A stretch of 29,895 bases of DNA from a virus (lineage: Duplodnaviria > Caudoviricetes), in the IMG/VR virus record IMGVR_UViG_3300030372_000660, positions 1 through 29,895 of that record, one strand, 5' to 3'. How positions within the stretch are numbered: the first letter of the stretch is position 1; each line of letters begins with the position of its first letter. Under the pieces are notes generated by a model. It did not search any database, was not told the DNA's origin, and saw nothing but the letters and a program-made list of their open reading frames with translations. The position numbers and the translations under genes were made by a program. Of this stretch, positions 1-9,260 are shown piece after piece.

Positions 1-1026
1 AAAGTAATGAGTGCGGTGCAAGCAAGACTCCATGCCTCATTAAGAAAAGAATTAGATATATTGGTAGGCATTGTTAAAGACTTTACTGAGCCAGCATATC
101 CATATGAAACAGATGAAGAAGAAACAATCAAAGCATCTGACTTCGATGATAGAGTAGATGTATTGCCAGTATCTGATCCTAATGCGGCAACTATGGCACA
201 AAGAATCATGCAGTATCAAGCGGCAATGCAACTTGCTACCACAGCACCACAGATGTATAACTTGCCAGAACTACATAGACAAATGTTAGAAGTATTAGGT
301 ATTAAAGATGTAGAAGATATAGTTCCATTGGATGAAGATGTTAAACCAGTTGATCCTATTAGTGCTGTATCTAATCTTATTAATGGTAAACCAGTTAAAG
401 CGTTTATTACTCAAGACCATGATGCACACATACAGACTGTAGCTTCTGCACAGCAAAATCCAGAAGTGCAACAGCTATTATCTCAATCGCCTAATGCTCC
501 AGCTATACAAGCCGCGGCTTCTGCTTATGTAAATGAACATCTAACTATGAAGTTTAGAAAACAAGTAGAGATGGAAATGGGTATTGAACTACCACCAGAA
601 GGTGAGCCAATACCTGTTGATGTTGAGAAGAGAATATCAGAGCTTGTAGCAGAAGCGGCTAAGAGAGTTACTATGACATCTCAAGCGCAAGCAGAGCAAC
701 AAAGAGTACAACAACAAATGCAAGACCCATTAATTCAAGCCAAGCAACAAGAGGTTGCAATTAAGCAAGCTGAAGTACAAAGAAAAACACAAGAAGGACA
801 AGCTAGAATATTACTTGATGCCGCTAAAGCTAAAGCAAATAAAGAGCTTGAGGAAAAACGAATCTCTTCACAAAGCGAAATAGCAGGTATGAATGTAGGA
901 CAGCGTATTGCTAGTGATCTGCTAGCAAATGATCAGGAAGATAAAAAAGCTGAAAGAGCAGAGTACATGAAAGGTCTTGACATAGGAGTGGATATAGCCA
1001 AAGATATCAGTAAGAATGAAAAATGA
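1..1026 (+). CDS. Portal protein, C-terminal part (5' truncated by window edge)
   Basis: The frame is open from base 1 (AAA GTA ATG). It has a DFDDRVDVLPVSDPN motif, a QDHDAHI motif and a long Gln-rich coiled-coil C-terminus like P22-type portal barrels. It lies first in the head module. Confidence 0.75.
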   Translation, partial: KVMSAVQARLHASLRKELDILVGIVKDFTEPAYPYETDEEETIKASDFDDRVDVLPVSDPNAATMAQRIMQYQAAMQLATTAPQMYNLPELHRQMLEVLGIKDVEDIVPLDEDVKPVDPISAVSNLINGKPVKAFITQDHDAHIQTVASAQQNPEVQQLLSQSPNAPAIQAAASAYVNEHLTMKFRKQVEMEMGIELPPEGEPIPVDVEKRISELVAEAAKRVTMTSQAQAEQQRVQQQMQDPLIQAKQQEVAIKQAEVQRKTQEGQARILLDAAKAKANKELEEKRISSQSEIAGMNVGQRIASDLLANDQEDKKAERAEYMKGLDIGVDIAKDISKNEK

Positions 1027-1219
1027 TATCACACAGCAATCACTATCAGCTTTTTTAAAAATGAAGCTAAGAGATTTGATGAATCAACACGCTGATCATA
1101 TAGCAACTGGAGCTTGTAAAGATTATAGCGATTATCAAAAAATGGCTGGAGTTATCGAGGGATTAGCACTCGCAGAAAGAGAAGTGTTAGATTGGGCAGA
1201 AAAACACTTAAAAGAATAA
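1016..1219 (+). CDS. Small hypothetical phage protein
   Basis: 67 aa helical ORF overlapping the portal stop, with a DYxDYQKMxGxIxGL motif of the kind seen between portal and GroES in marine phages. Confidence 0.7.
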   Translation: MKNDITQQSLSAFLKMKLRDLMNQHADHIATGACKDYSDYQKMAGVIEGLALAEREVLDWAEKHLKE

Positions 1220-1248
1220 GGACTCGACCCTAAAGTCGTGCAAAAAAT

Positions 1249-1629
1249 ATGGCAGAAAAAATTAAGAAAGAAGAACCACCTATAGAATTAAATACAAGAA
1301 AGCAACTACCAGAACCCAAAGGTTGGAAGATATTAGTTGCTATGCCTGTAGTCAAAGAAAAGACGAAAGGCGGTATTGTAAAAGCATCATATACAAAAGA
1401 TATCGAGGAATCATCTAACATATGTGGATATGTTATGAAGCTCGGTCCAGATTGTTATAATGACGAAAGAAGATTTCCAAGCGGAGCTTGGTGCAAGAAA
1501 GGCGATTGGGTTGTATTCAGAGCTTACTCTGGCACTCGTATAGAAATGTACGGACAAGAGTTTCGTTTAATTAATGATGATACTGTTGAGGCAGTTGTTG
1601 ATGATCCTACAGGAGTGGTTAGAAAATGA
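1249..1629 (+). CDS. groES: Co-chaperonin GroES (Cpn10)-like
   Basis: Contains PxGWKILV, the mobile loop EKTKGGIV, KKGDWVVF..YSGT and FRLINDDTVEAVV, all Cpn10 hallmarks. Confidence 0.9.
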   Translation: MAEKIKKEEPPIELNTRKQLPEPKGWKILVAMPVVKEKTKGGIVKASYTKDIEESSNICGYVMKLGPDCYNDERRFPSGAWCKKGDWVVFRAYSGTRIEMYGQEFRLINDDTVEAVVDDPTGVVRK

Positions 1630-2675
1630 GCGAGAGTAACGAGCAAGTACAAGCAGAAGATTTGGTAGATAACATTGAGTTAGAATCTGATCATTCTAGA
1701 GAAGATAAGTTCTTCGGTGTAAAAACAGAAATTAGTAAAGAGAAACCAGAAATTGAAGTAGAGGTTGTAGACGATATCCCAGAAGAAGATCGCAGACCAC
1801 CGAAACAAGAAACAAAGGAAGAGCCAGTAGATGATGAAGCTCTAGATAAAGAGATATCAGATTACAGCGAAAGAGCTGGTAAGCGTATAAGTAAAATAAA
1901 ATACGAATATCACGAAGAGCGAAGAGCGAAAGAAGCCGCACAAAGAGAAAGCAACGAAGCAGTAAATAGATTAAAAACCATGATGGCTGAGAATGAAAGA
2001 CTAAAAGCCATTGTAGATCAAGGCGGAGAAGCTCTCAATAAGCAAGCACTAAACAATGCACAATGGGCAAAACAAAATGCTCAAGCACAGTTTAAAAAAG
2101 CTTATGATGAAGGTGATGCAGACCAAATGGCACAAGCACAGGAATTACTTTCCAGAGCAACACTTGCTGAACAACAAGCATCTAAATATGCAGAAACAAT
2201 ACAGCAACAAATAGTAGAACAGACACCACAACAAGCACAAGTACAGCAACAAAATTTTGATCCAGATATGGAAGCTTGGTCAAAAGATAATCCTTGGTTT
2301 ATGAATAATTCTAATCCAAGACATAAAACAATGACTGCTTTTGCTTTATCTATAGATGCAGAATTAAACTATGAAGGTATAAAACCTGAAAGTGATCCAA
2401 AAAAATATTACTCTGAAGTAGATAAAAGAATGAGAGTAAAGTACCCAGATTTCTTTGGTGCTTCTAATACCCAACAGGAAGTTCAAGTAGAACAACCAAT
2501 ACAAGTAGAAGAGACACCAAAACGACAAGCATCTAATGTTGTCGCACCAGCAACTAGGTCTACTGGTAAAAAACCTAGATCAATACGACTGACTCAGACA
2601 CAAGTTAATATAGCTAGACAACTTAACATAACACCTGAACAGTACGCACACGAACTCTTACAACAGGAGAGCTAA
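1626..2675 (+). CDS. Putative capsid scaffolding protein
   Basis: Acidic N-terminus, long coiled coil, WxxxNPWF motif and C-terminal LTxxQxxIARQLNITPEQYA. Located upstream of the capsid genes. Confidence 0.7.
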   Translation: MSESNEQVQAEDLVDNIELESDHSREDKFFGVKTEISKEKPEIEVEVVDDIPEEDRRPPKQETKEEPVDDEALDKEISDYSERAGKRISKIKYEYHEERRAKEAAQRESNEAVNRLKTMMAENERLKAIVDQGGEALNKQALNNAQWAKQNAQAQFKKAYDEGDADQMAQAQELLSRATLAEQQASKYAETIQQQIVEQTPQQAQVQQQNFDPDMEAWSKDNPWFMNNSNPRHKTMTAFALSIDAELNYEGIKPESDPKKYYSEVDKRMRVKYPDFFGASNTQQEVQVEQPIQVEETPKRQASNVVAPATRSTGKKPRSIRLTQTQVNIARQLNITPEQYAHELLQQES

Positions 2676-2676
2676 T

Positions 2677-3198
2677 ATGTCAGATATTGACAACAAAAAA
2701 ACATTGGAATCAAAATCTGATGTATCACAATCAGAAGCACAAGAGCGCAACCCAAGAGGGATAGACAGCCGAGAAGCTGAACAAAGAGTAGAAAGTTGGG
2801 ATAACCCATCAAATCTACCTAATCCGACCCCACAACAAGGATGGGTTTTTAGATATATAAGAACAGCTTTATTAGGTAAAACTGATAATCCTAATGTATC
2901 TAGAAAATTTCGTGAAGGATGGGAACCATGTCGTTTAGAAGATCATCCAGAACTACAAATCCATATGATGGACTATGACTCGGAGTGGGCAAAGAAAGGG
3001 AATATAGAAATTGGTGGACAGTTATTATGTAAGATGCCTAAAAAAAGAGCGGAAGCTCGGACTGAACATTTTAGTAAAATGGCTCAGAATCAGATGGAAT
3101 CTGTAGACAACGCATATTTTAAAGATCAAGACTCTAGAATGGCTACAAAGCAAGTTTATGAAAGAAAATCTAGAACTTCTTTTGGCAGAGATTCTTAG
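2677..3198 (+). CDS. Conserved head-module hypothetical protein
   Basis: 173 aa with GWVFRYIR, REGWEP and IGGQLLCKMP motifs, lying between scaffold and capsid genes. Confidence 0.65.
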   Translation: MSDIDNKKTLESKSDVSQSEAQERNPRGIDSREAEQRVESWDNPSNLPNPTPQQGWVFRYIRTALLGKTDNPNVSRKFREGWEPCRLEDHPELQIHMMDYDSEWAKKGNIEIGGQLLCKMPKKRAEARTEHFSKMAQNQMESVDNAYFKDQDSRMATKQVYERKSRTSFGRDS

Positions 3199-3232
3199 AG
3201 AATTTTAATTATTTTTTAAGAGGTAAAAAATT

Positions 3233-3820
3233 ATGGCTACTAGTGCAACTCCACATGGAGCTGTACCTGTTGGGTCATTGGTATCTGCGGCTTTTAATAG
3301 CAAAGTTACTCATTACAAAATCAAAAATAATTTTGGCACTTCAATATTCTTTGGAGATTTTGTTAAATGGGGTGATGACAACCCTAATACAACTATACAA
3401 AAAGATACAGGCACAACTGCTTGTACTCCTATAGGTGTATTTATGGGATGTGCATATACTGATCCAAATACAGGTCAATTTACTACGAATCAATTTTATC
3501 CGGCATCAACTGCCGCAGATGATATTGTTGCGTATGTAGCAAGCGATCCATTTTTAATTATGCAAATGCAATGTGATGGTGCGGCTGACCAAGATGATCT
3601 TGGTAAGAACTGTGCTGTCGTGCAAACAGCAGGATCAACTTCAATAGGAAGAAGTAAAAATGCAGTCGATATATCTACTGTAGCAACAACTAACACACTA
3701 CCACTCAAGATCGTTGACTTTGTTGATGGTCCAGATAGTGCTGTTGGTGATAGCTTCACAGATGTATTAGTTATGTTTAATGTAGGGCATCAGTTGTTAA
3801 ATACAACTGGAGTCGGATAA
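3233..3820 (+). CDS. Putative capsid decoration / minor capsid protein
   Basis: 195 aa beta-rich protein (IFFGDFV, GVFMGCAYTDP) directly before the major capsid gene, with RBS AGAGGT. Confidence 0.6.
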   Translation: MATSATPHGAVPVGSLVSAAFNSKVTHYKIKNNFGTSIFFGDFVKWGDDNPNTTIQKDTGTTACTPIGVFMGCAYTDPNTGQFTTNQFYPASTAADDIVAYVASDPFLIMQMQCDGAADQDDLGKNCAVVQTAGSTSIGRSKNAVDISTVATTNTLPLKIVDFVDGPDSAVGDSFTDVLVMFNVGHQLLNTTGVG

Positions 3821-3839
3821 TCAAAAGGGGAATAGTTAA

Positions 3840-4778
3840 ATGGCTATATCAAGAGCGCAACAACTTAAACAACTCCTTCCGGGTCTAAATGCCTTGTTTG
3901 GAGATGAGTATTCAACTCACGAAAACCAACACGAAGAAATCTACACAACTGAAAATTCTGATAGATCATTTGAAGAAGAACTCAAGTTGTCTGGATTTGG
4001 TGCGGCTCCAGTAAAAGATGAAGGTGCGGCTATCAGTTATGATACTGCTCAAGAATCTTTTGTGGCTCGCTACACTCACGAAACTATTGCAATGGGATAT
4101 GCGATTACAGAAGAGGCTATGGAAGATAATCTTTATGTATCTGTCTCAGCTCGCTACACCAAGGCTTTGGCTCGTGCAATGTCATACACTAAGCAGGTTA
4201 AAGCAGTATTCCCACTTAACAATGGATTTACTAACAGTTTCCAAGGCGGTGATGGTGTAAACCTATTCACAGCAGATGGCGATGGAGTAACTGGTGGTGA
4301 CGGACATCCATTAGTAAGTGGTGGTAAAAACTCTAACAGACCTTCTACTGCGGCTGACTTGAATGAAACATCTTTAGAAGATGCTGTAATTCAGATCGGC
4401 AAGTGGACTGATGAAAGAGGACTAAAGATTGCGGCACGACCAAGAAAATTGATCGTACCTAGTGATCTACAGTTTACTGCTACACGCTTATTGCAAAGTG
4501 AGTACAGAGTAGGAACTGCTGACAACGATATCAATGCTATTAGAAGCAATGGTGTGATTCCAGAAGGTTTCTCAGTTAACAATTACTTAACTGATACTAA
4601 TGCTTTCTTTATCATTACTGATGTACCTGATGGTATGAAACACTTTGTCAGATCACCTATGGCTACAAGCATGGATGGAGACTTCGATACAGGTAATGTT
4701 CGCTATAAAGCTCGTGAGCGTTACTCGTTTGGGGTAAGTGATCCACTCGGTGTTTTCGGTTCACCCGGAAGCTCGTAA
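3840..4778 (+). CDS. Major capsid protein (HK97 fold, Mu gpT-like family)
   Basis: Motifs MAISRAQ..KQLLPGLNALFG, SDRSFEEE, ARYTHETIA, ITEEAMEDNLY and DFDTGNVRYKARERYSFG. Size and position fit, and a terminator follows. Confidence 0.9.
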   Translation: MAISRAQQLKQLLPGLNALFGDEYSTHENQHEEIYTTENSDRSFEEELKLSGFGAAPVKDEGAAISYDTAQESFVARYTHETIAMGYAITEEAMEDNLYVSVSARYTKALARAMSYTKQVKAVFPLNNGFTNSFQGGDGVNLFTADGDGVTGGDGHPLVSGGKNSNRPSTAADLNETSLEDAVIQIGKWTDERGLKIAARPRKLIVPSDLQFTATRLLQSEYRVGTADNDINAIRSNGVIPEGFSVNNYLTDTNAFFIITDVPDGMKHFVRSPMATSMDGDFDTGNVRYKARERYSFGVSDPLGVFGSPGSS

Positions 4779-4786
4779 GTAGTATC

Positions 4787-4864
4787 GAGAGTCCTAGTTA
4801 CATCACACACCTATATAAAAACACCTTAAGCAAAAGTGGTTGTTAATTAGGACTCTCTTTTTTT
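4787..4864 (+). terminator. Long-loop intrinsic terminator after the capsid gene
   Basis: GAGAGTCCTA (4787-4796) is the perfect reverse complement of TAGGACTCTC (4848-4857) and is followed by T7 (4858-4864). Confidence 0.65.
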
Positions 4865-4920
4865 CTAGGGATTAATTTTCTTTATCGACTGCCCTAGCAG
4901 ACAGCCAAGACGATAAAGTA
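4865..4920 (+). ncRNA. Structured RNA with pseudoknot potential, probably a Mu-gpT-DE-type downstream element
   Basis: CTAGGG (4865-4870) pairs with CCCTAG (4892-4897), and CTTTATCG (4880-4887) pairs with CGATAAAG (4911-4918); the two helices cross. Its position 3' of a gpT-like capsid gene matches the described Mu-gpT-DE motif (recalled, not searched). Confidence 0.6.
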
Positions 4921-4943
4921 TTACCCAATGGAGGGTATGTAAA

Positions 4944-5531
4944 ATGGCGAATACAACATTTAAAGGACCAGTAAGGTCCGAAGCAGGTTTTGAGCAAATC
5001 TCAAAAAATTCAACAACTGGTGCAATTACCACAACTTTAGATATTGATGCTAGTGGTAATATTGCAACTACTGGTACAATCAATGGAGATAAAAATGTAG
5101 CTGATATAACAACTGCTACTTTTACTGTTACTGAAGCTCAGTCAGGTTCTATATTTACTTTGAACAGAGCTGGAGGAATAGTAGTAACTCTCCCAACAGC
5201 CTCCTCTGGCTTACACTACAAATTCATTGTAGGTACTACTTTTACAGGAACATTTAGTCTTGATTCTTCTACTGCAAACGAAGGATATAGTGATGCTTCA
5301 AATCTTTTGATTTTTGATAAAGATGCACCCGGAACAGTTAGTGCAAAACAATTTTATGCTGACGGATCAGATGATGACAAAATTGTAATGGATGCAGATA
5401 CAAAGGGTAGATTTATTGGCGGTGTCATTGATGTTGTCGGTATATCAGCAGTAGGTGGTTCATTTACTAAATGCTGGATAGCTACTGGTCGTGTATATGG
5501 TGATGGCTCTCTAGCTACTCCGTTTGTGTAG
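4944..5531 (+). CDS. Putative virion structural protein (head fibre/decoration-like)
   Basis: MANTTFKGPVRS N-terminus, VTLPTAxxGLHYKF motif, Thr/Gly-rich beta composition. Confidence 0.55.
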   Translation: MANTTFKGPVRSEAGFEQISKNSTTGAITTTLDIDASGNIATTGTINGDKNVADITTATFTVTEAQSGSIFTLNRAGGIVVTLPTASSGLHYKFIVGTTFTGTFSLDSSTANEGYSDASNLLIFDKDAPGTVSAKQFYADGSDDDKIVMDADTKGRFIGGVIDVVGISAVGGSFTKCWIATGRVYGDGSLATPFV

Positions 5532-5542
5532 GAGAATAAATC

Positions 5543-5950
5543 ATGGCTGATGCAGTAACTTCACAAACAATACATGATGGTGAAAGAAACTGTGTTATGA
5601 AGTTTACCAATGTTAGTGATGGCACAGGCGAATCCGCAGTTGCTAAAGTAGATGTATCTGCTTTAAAAGCTAATGCGGCAGGAGTCTCTTGTTCTGAAGT
5701 TAGAGTAACAAGATTAAGTCATGCTATTGTCGGTATGTCAGTACAACTATTTTTAGATGCTACATCAAATGTTCTTTTGATGGAGCTTGCAGAAAGTAGT
5801 AATGGACATCTTGACTTTAAAGACATTGGTGGACTACCAAATAATGCAGGAAGTGGAAAGACTGGAGACATTCTTTTTACTACGAAGGGTCATTCCTCTG
5901 GTGATACTTATTCTATCACCTTAGAAATGGTAAAAGTTTATTCAGACTAA
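5543..5950 (+). CDS. Hypothetical virion-associated protein
   Basis: 135 aa, RBS AGGAG, MADAVTSQT start and GDILFTT motif, located in the structural module. Confidence 0.6.
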   Translation: MADAVTSQTIHDGERNCVMKFTNVSDGTGESAVAKVDVSALKANAAGVSCSEVRVTRLSHAIVGMSVQLFLDATSNVLLMELAESSNGHLDFKDIGGLPNNAGSGKTGDILFTTKGHSSGDTYSITLEMVKVYSD

Positions 5951-5961
5951 TAGGAACGAGT

Positions 5962-6255
5962 ATGGCTAATAATTATGTTATTTCTGAAACTGGTGAGTTT
6001 CCAGCACAATACAAAGTATTACATTTAGGAGAAGATGGTATCTATAGACCTATTTTTGGTCCTGATCCTGATCTCGAAGATGCACAGCGTAAATGTGCTG
6101 AGATGAATGGTGAACGAGCTAAAAATGATAAAGGTCATTTTATAGCAGATGATCCATCTACACCTGATGTCAATGAAGCTTATGTTGGCGGTAAGAAACC
6201 AGCTAAGAAAAAGACTAAAAAGAAAGTAGCTAAGAAAAAAGCTAAAAAGAAATAA
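5962..6255 (+). CDS. Hypothetical protein with Lys-rich tail
   Basis: RAxNxKGHFIADDPSTPDVNEA motif followed by a histone-H1-like KKPAKKKTKKKVAKKKAKKK tail. Confidence 0.65.
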   Translation: MANNYVISETGEFPAQYKVLHLGEDGIYRPIFGPDPDLEDAQRKCAEMNGERAKNDKGHFIADDPSTPDVNEAYVGGKKPAKKKTKKKVAKKKAKKK

Positions 6256-6276
6256 TACTAGTCATTATATATATTT

Positions 6277-6312
6277 ATAGTACCCTACATTAGTGGGGTG
6301 CTATTTATATTA
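6277..6312 (+). terminator. Stem-loop, probable intrinsic terminator
   Basis: ATAGTACCCTAC (6277-6288) pairs with GTGGGGTGCTAT (6293-6304) using G-U pairs, with loop ATTA and T/A-rich flanks. Confidence 0.6.
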
Positions 6313-6341
6313 ATTTATTAATTAACTAAGAGGATATTGAA

Positions 6342-6545
6342 ATGCCGGGTGGACTCAATAAGAAAAAAAGAATGGATATGTATATGGGCGGTGGTGTAAT
6401 GAGAAAGAAAGCACCAATGAGCATGATGTTTCGTGATGGTGGTAAAACCATGAATATGGATAAAACACCTATGTTCAAAGACCAAGTACAGAAAATGTAT
6501 GGTGGCGGTATGACTCATGGCACGGGCAAAAAGAAAAAAGGCTAA
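6342..6545 (+). CDS. Small basic Met/Gly-rich protein
   Basis: RBS GAGGA; three [YFM]xxGG motifs; Lys-rich. Confidence 0.6.
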   Translation: MPGGLNKKKRMDMYMGGGVMRKKAPMSMMFRDGGKTMNMDKTPMFKDQVQKMYGGGMTHGTGKKKKG

Positions 6546-6825
6546 AAATATACCCAGAACTACTAAGGGTAAAGGTGCAAATTTTAGACCTACTAAATCT
6601 GGCGCAGGCATGACTAAAAAGGGAGTTGCGGCTTATAGAAAAGCAAATCCCGGTTCTAAACTAAAGACTGCTGTTACTGGTAAAGTAAAGAAAGGCAGTA
6701 AAGCGGCAAAGAGAAGAAAGTCATACTGTGCTAGATCATTAGGTCAATTAAAAAGAAGCTCCGCTAAAACGAGAAATGATCCTAATTCAAGGATAAGGCA
6801 AGCTCGTAGGCGGTGGAAATGTTAA
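6517..6825 (+). CDS. Small, highly basic conserved phage protein
   Basis: Motifs GAGMTKKGVAAYRKANPGSKL, RRKSYCARS and RRRWKC. Confidence 0.7.
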   Translation: MARAKRKKAKNIPRTTKGKGANFRPTKSGAGMTKKGVAAYRKANPGSKLKTAVTGKVKKGSKAAKRRKSYCARSLGQLKRSSAKTRNDPNSRIRQARRRWKC

Positions 6826-6834
6826 GGAAATTCA

Positions 6835-7530
6835 ATGGCTACTAGTGGAACAACTGCATTTAATTTAGATATAGGAGATATTCTTGAAGAAGCCTATGAT
6901 CTCTGTGGACTAGAGATGCGTACAGGATATGACTATAAGTCTGCTAAAAGAGCATTGAACTTAGTATTTCTTGAATGGCAAAACAAAGGATTAAACCTTT
7001 GGACTTTAGATCAAGCAAGTATAAGTGTTACTGCTGGAACTAATACTTATGATTTGCAATCTTCAGCTTTAGATGTAGTTGATGCTTTTGTTAGAACAGA
7101 TGCTGGAGATATAGATAAACAAATGGATCAGAGACTGAAAAGAATATCTAGAACACAATATAATCATCAGTCAAAAAAATTAACTAGATCAAAACCTACT
7201 CAGTTTTTTGTAGATAAAAATACTGGAACTAATTCTATTGTATTGTGGGCAACTCCAGATGATGCTCAAGCATATAGTATTGTTTATGATTATGTAAAAA
7301 GAATAGAGGATGTAGGTATAACAGCCGCAAATAATGCTGATGTACCTGCTAGATATCTACCTTGTTTAACTTACGCATTGGCTTTTAATTTAGCTTGTAA
7401 ATCTCAAAACGCACAACCAAGAGTGCCTATGATAAAAGCAAGATATGATGAGCTTTGGAAAGATGTTAGTGAGGCTGATAGAGAAAAAGCAAATGTTAAG
7501 TTTGTTCCTAATCTATCTTATATGAACTAG
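6835..7530 (+). CDS. Putative head-tail adaptor / tail tubular protein
   Basis: MATSGTTAFNLD start, ALNLVFLEWQNKGLNLW, KPTQFFV and PARYLPCL motifs, in the neck-gene position. Confidence 0.6.
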   Translation: MATSGTTAFNLDIGDILEEAYDLCGLEMRTGYDYKSAKRALNLVFLEWQNKGLNLWTLDQASISVTAGTNTYDLQSSALDVVDAFVRTDAGDIDKQMDQRLKRISRTQYNHQSKKLTRSKPTQFFVDKNTGTNSIVLWATPDDAQAYSIVYDYVKRIEDVGITAANNADVPARYLPCLTYALAFNLACKSQNAQPRVPMIKARYDELWKDVSEADREKANVKFVPNLSYMN

Positions 7531-7531
7531 T

Positions 7532-7873
7532 ATGTCTTACGCAGTAGGAAAAAGAGCATTAGGTATTTGTGATAGATGTGGTTTTACTTATAAACTAAAA
7601 GAACTTTTTTTTGAGGTAAGAGATAGAACTAGAAATGGATTGAGAGTTTGTAAGTATTGTCTTGATGAAGATCACCCACAACTAAGAATAGGTGAAGTCG
7701 AAACTAATGATTTGCAATCTCTATTTAAGCCAAGACCAGACACAGGTGAAAAAGAATCTACAAGATATTCTGCTTTTAATCCTATAGGTGGAGGTCTTGC
7801 ACAGTTTGGATCAAGCACAATGAATTTAAAAATGACTGGTGAAATAGGTAAATTAGAAGTGAGTACAAGCTAA
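7532..7873 (+). CDS. Hypothetical protein with Zn-finger-like CxxC pairs
   Basis: CDRCG and CKYC motifs, HPQL and PRPD. Confidence 0.6.
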   Translation: MSYAVGKRALGICDRCGFTYKLKELFFEVRDRTRNGLRVCKYCLDEDHPQLRIGEVETNDLQSLFKPRPDTGEKESTRYSAFNPIGGGLAQFGSSTMNLKMTGEIGKLEVSTS

Positions 7874-8514
7874 TGGCATGGACATTTACAACTTTAAAAA
7901 CAGCAATACAAGATTATACTAATAATACTGAAACTACATTTGTTAACAACTTAGATGAATTTATAGTAGGTGCAGAAGATAGAATACAAAAACTGGTTGA
8001 ACTACCAATTTTTAGAAAGAATGTTACTGCAACTTTAACTGGTGATAATCAATATTTGACAATGCCTACTGATTTTCTAGCACCATATTCACTAGCTGTA
8101 GATAATAATGGATATGAGTATTTAAATTTTAAAGATGTATCTTTTATAAGGACATCTTTTCCTGTAGCTACTACAACAGGTGTTCCTAAATATTATGCTA
8201 TTTTTGATGAAAATAGTTTTATAGTAGCACCAACACCAAGTTCTGGATTTACAGTAGAGCTACACTATAGATACAAACCTACATCTATAACTACTGCTAG
8301 TAGTGGCACTAGTTGGCTAGGAACAAATGCACATGATTGTTTGTTATATGCTTGTCTAGTTGAGGCTTATACCTTTATGAAAGGTGAAGCTGATATTATA
8401 AAAAACTATGATGATAGATTTATGCAAGCTATTGATAGACTAAAAGTGTTGGGTGAAGGAAGAAATACAAACGATTATTTAAGAACAGGAACACCAAGAA
8501 AAGTAGTTAACTAA
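7873..8514 (+). CDS. Putative adaptor / tail tubular protein A-like
   Basis: PTDFL, GVPKYYA, VAPTP, VELHY and LLYACLVEA motifs, typical of phage adaptor proteins. Confidence 0.6.
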   Translation: MAWTFTTLKTAIQDYTNNTETTFVNNLDEFIVGAEDRIQKLVELPIFRKNVTATLTGDNQYLTMPTDFLAPYSLAVDNNGYEYLNFKDVSFIRTSFPVATTTGVPKYYAIFDENSFIVAPTPSSGFTVELHYRYKPTSITTASSGTSWLGTNAHDCLLYACLVEAYTFMKGEADIIKNYDDRFMQAIDRLKVLGEGRNTNDYLRTGTPRKVVN

Positions 8515-9251
8515 TGCTTCAAAAACCATTAGAAGAGTTAGAAGGTAAAAGTATTGCCCTAGTTGCAATGGGTCAGAGTCAAATAGACTTTCATCTATCT
8601 CAAGTACATAGCTATAAGTTCGATGAAGTATGGGCAGTAAATGCAATGATTGGTGTTTTAAAACAAGTAGATAGAGCTTTTATTCTCGATCCAATGAGTA
8701 GATTTTTGGATACAGAAGATGCAGGCAATATGACATCGATGATGAGAGATATGTTGCCTAAAGTTAATTATCCAATATATTCTTGTGATATTGATAGTAG
8801 AGTTCCTGCTGTTCAGGAATATCCACTAGAACAAATTGCGAACTATGCAGGTAGTGCATACTTCAATAATACAATAGCTTATGCAATAGCTTTTGCTATA
8901 TGGTCCAAAGTAGGTCGATTATCAATATTTGGAGTCGATTTTACTTATAAATCAAATATGCACTTTGCAGAAGCAGGAAGAGGATGTGTAGAGTTTTGGA
9001 TAGCAAATTGTATAAATAGAGGTATAAAGGTAGCAGTAGCACCTAGATCATCTCTTTTAGATACAGATGTTGAGCTAACACAAAAACTATATGGATATCA
9101 TAGATTAGATGATCCTGTAGTTACATATCAAGATGAATCAGGTATAAAGGCTTGCAAATGGTCGCAAGTCGAAAAAGAAGAAAAAAAACCTGTAGGCATG
9201 ATAGGCAGAGAAGATATAGAATTAGAGCCTGTCGAACCAGAAAAATACTAA
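8514..9251 (+). CDS. Glycosyltransferase-like protein (sialyltransferase / Maf-DUF115-like fold)
   Basis: IALVAMGxS, VWAVN and NTIAYAIAFA...LSIFGVDF match the GxGxS / N / I.l.G.D pattern of CstII/Maf-like folds. Confidence 0.5.
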   Translation: MLQKPLEELEGKSIALVAMGQSQIDFHLSQVHSYKFDEVWAVNAMIGVLKQVDRAFILDPMSRFLDTEDAGNMTSMMRDMLPKVNYPIYSCDIDSRVPAVQEYPLEQIANYAGSAYFNNTIAYAIAFAIWSKVGRLSIFGVDFTYKSNMHFAEAGRGCVEFWIANCINRGIKVAVAPRSSLLDTDVELTQKLYGYHRLDDPVVTYQDESGIKACKWSQVEKEEKKPVGMIGREDIELEPVEPEKY

Positions 9252-9260
9252 CTGGAGAGT

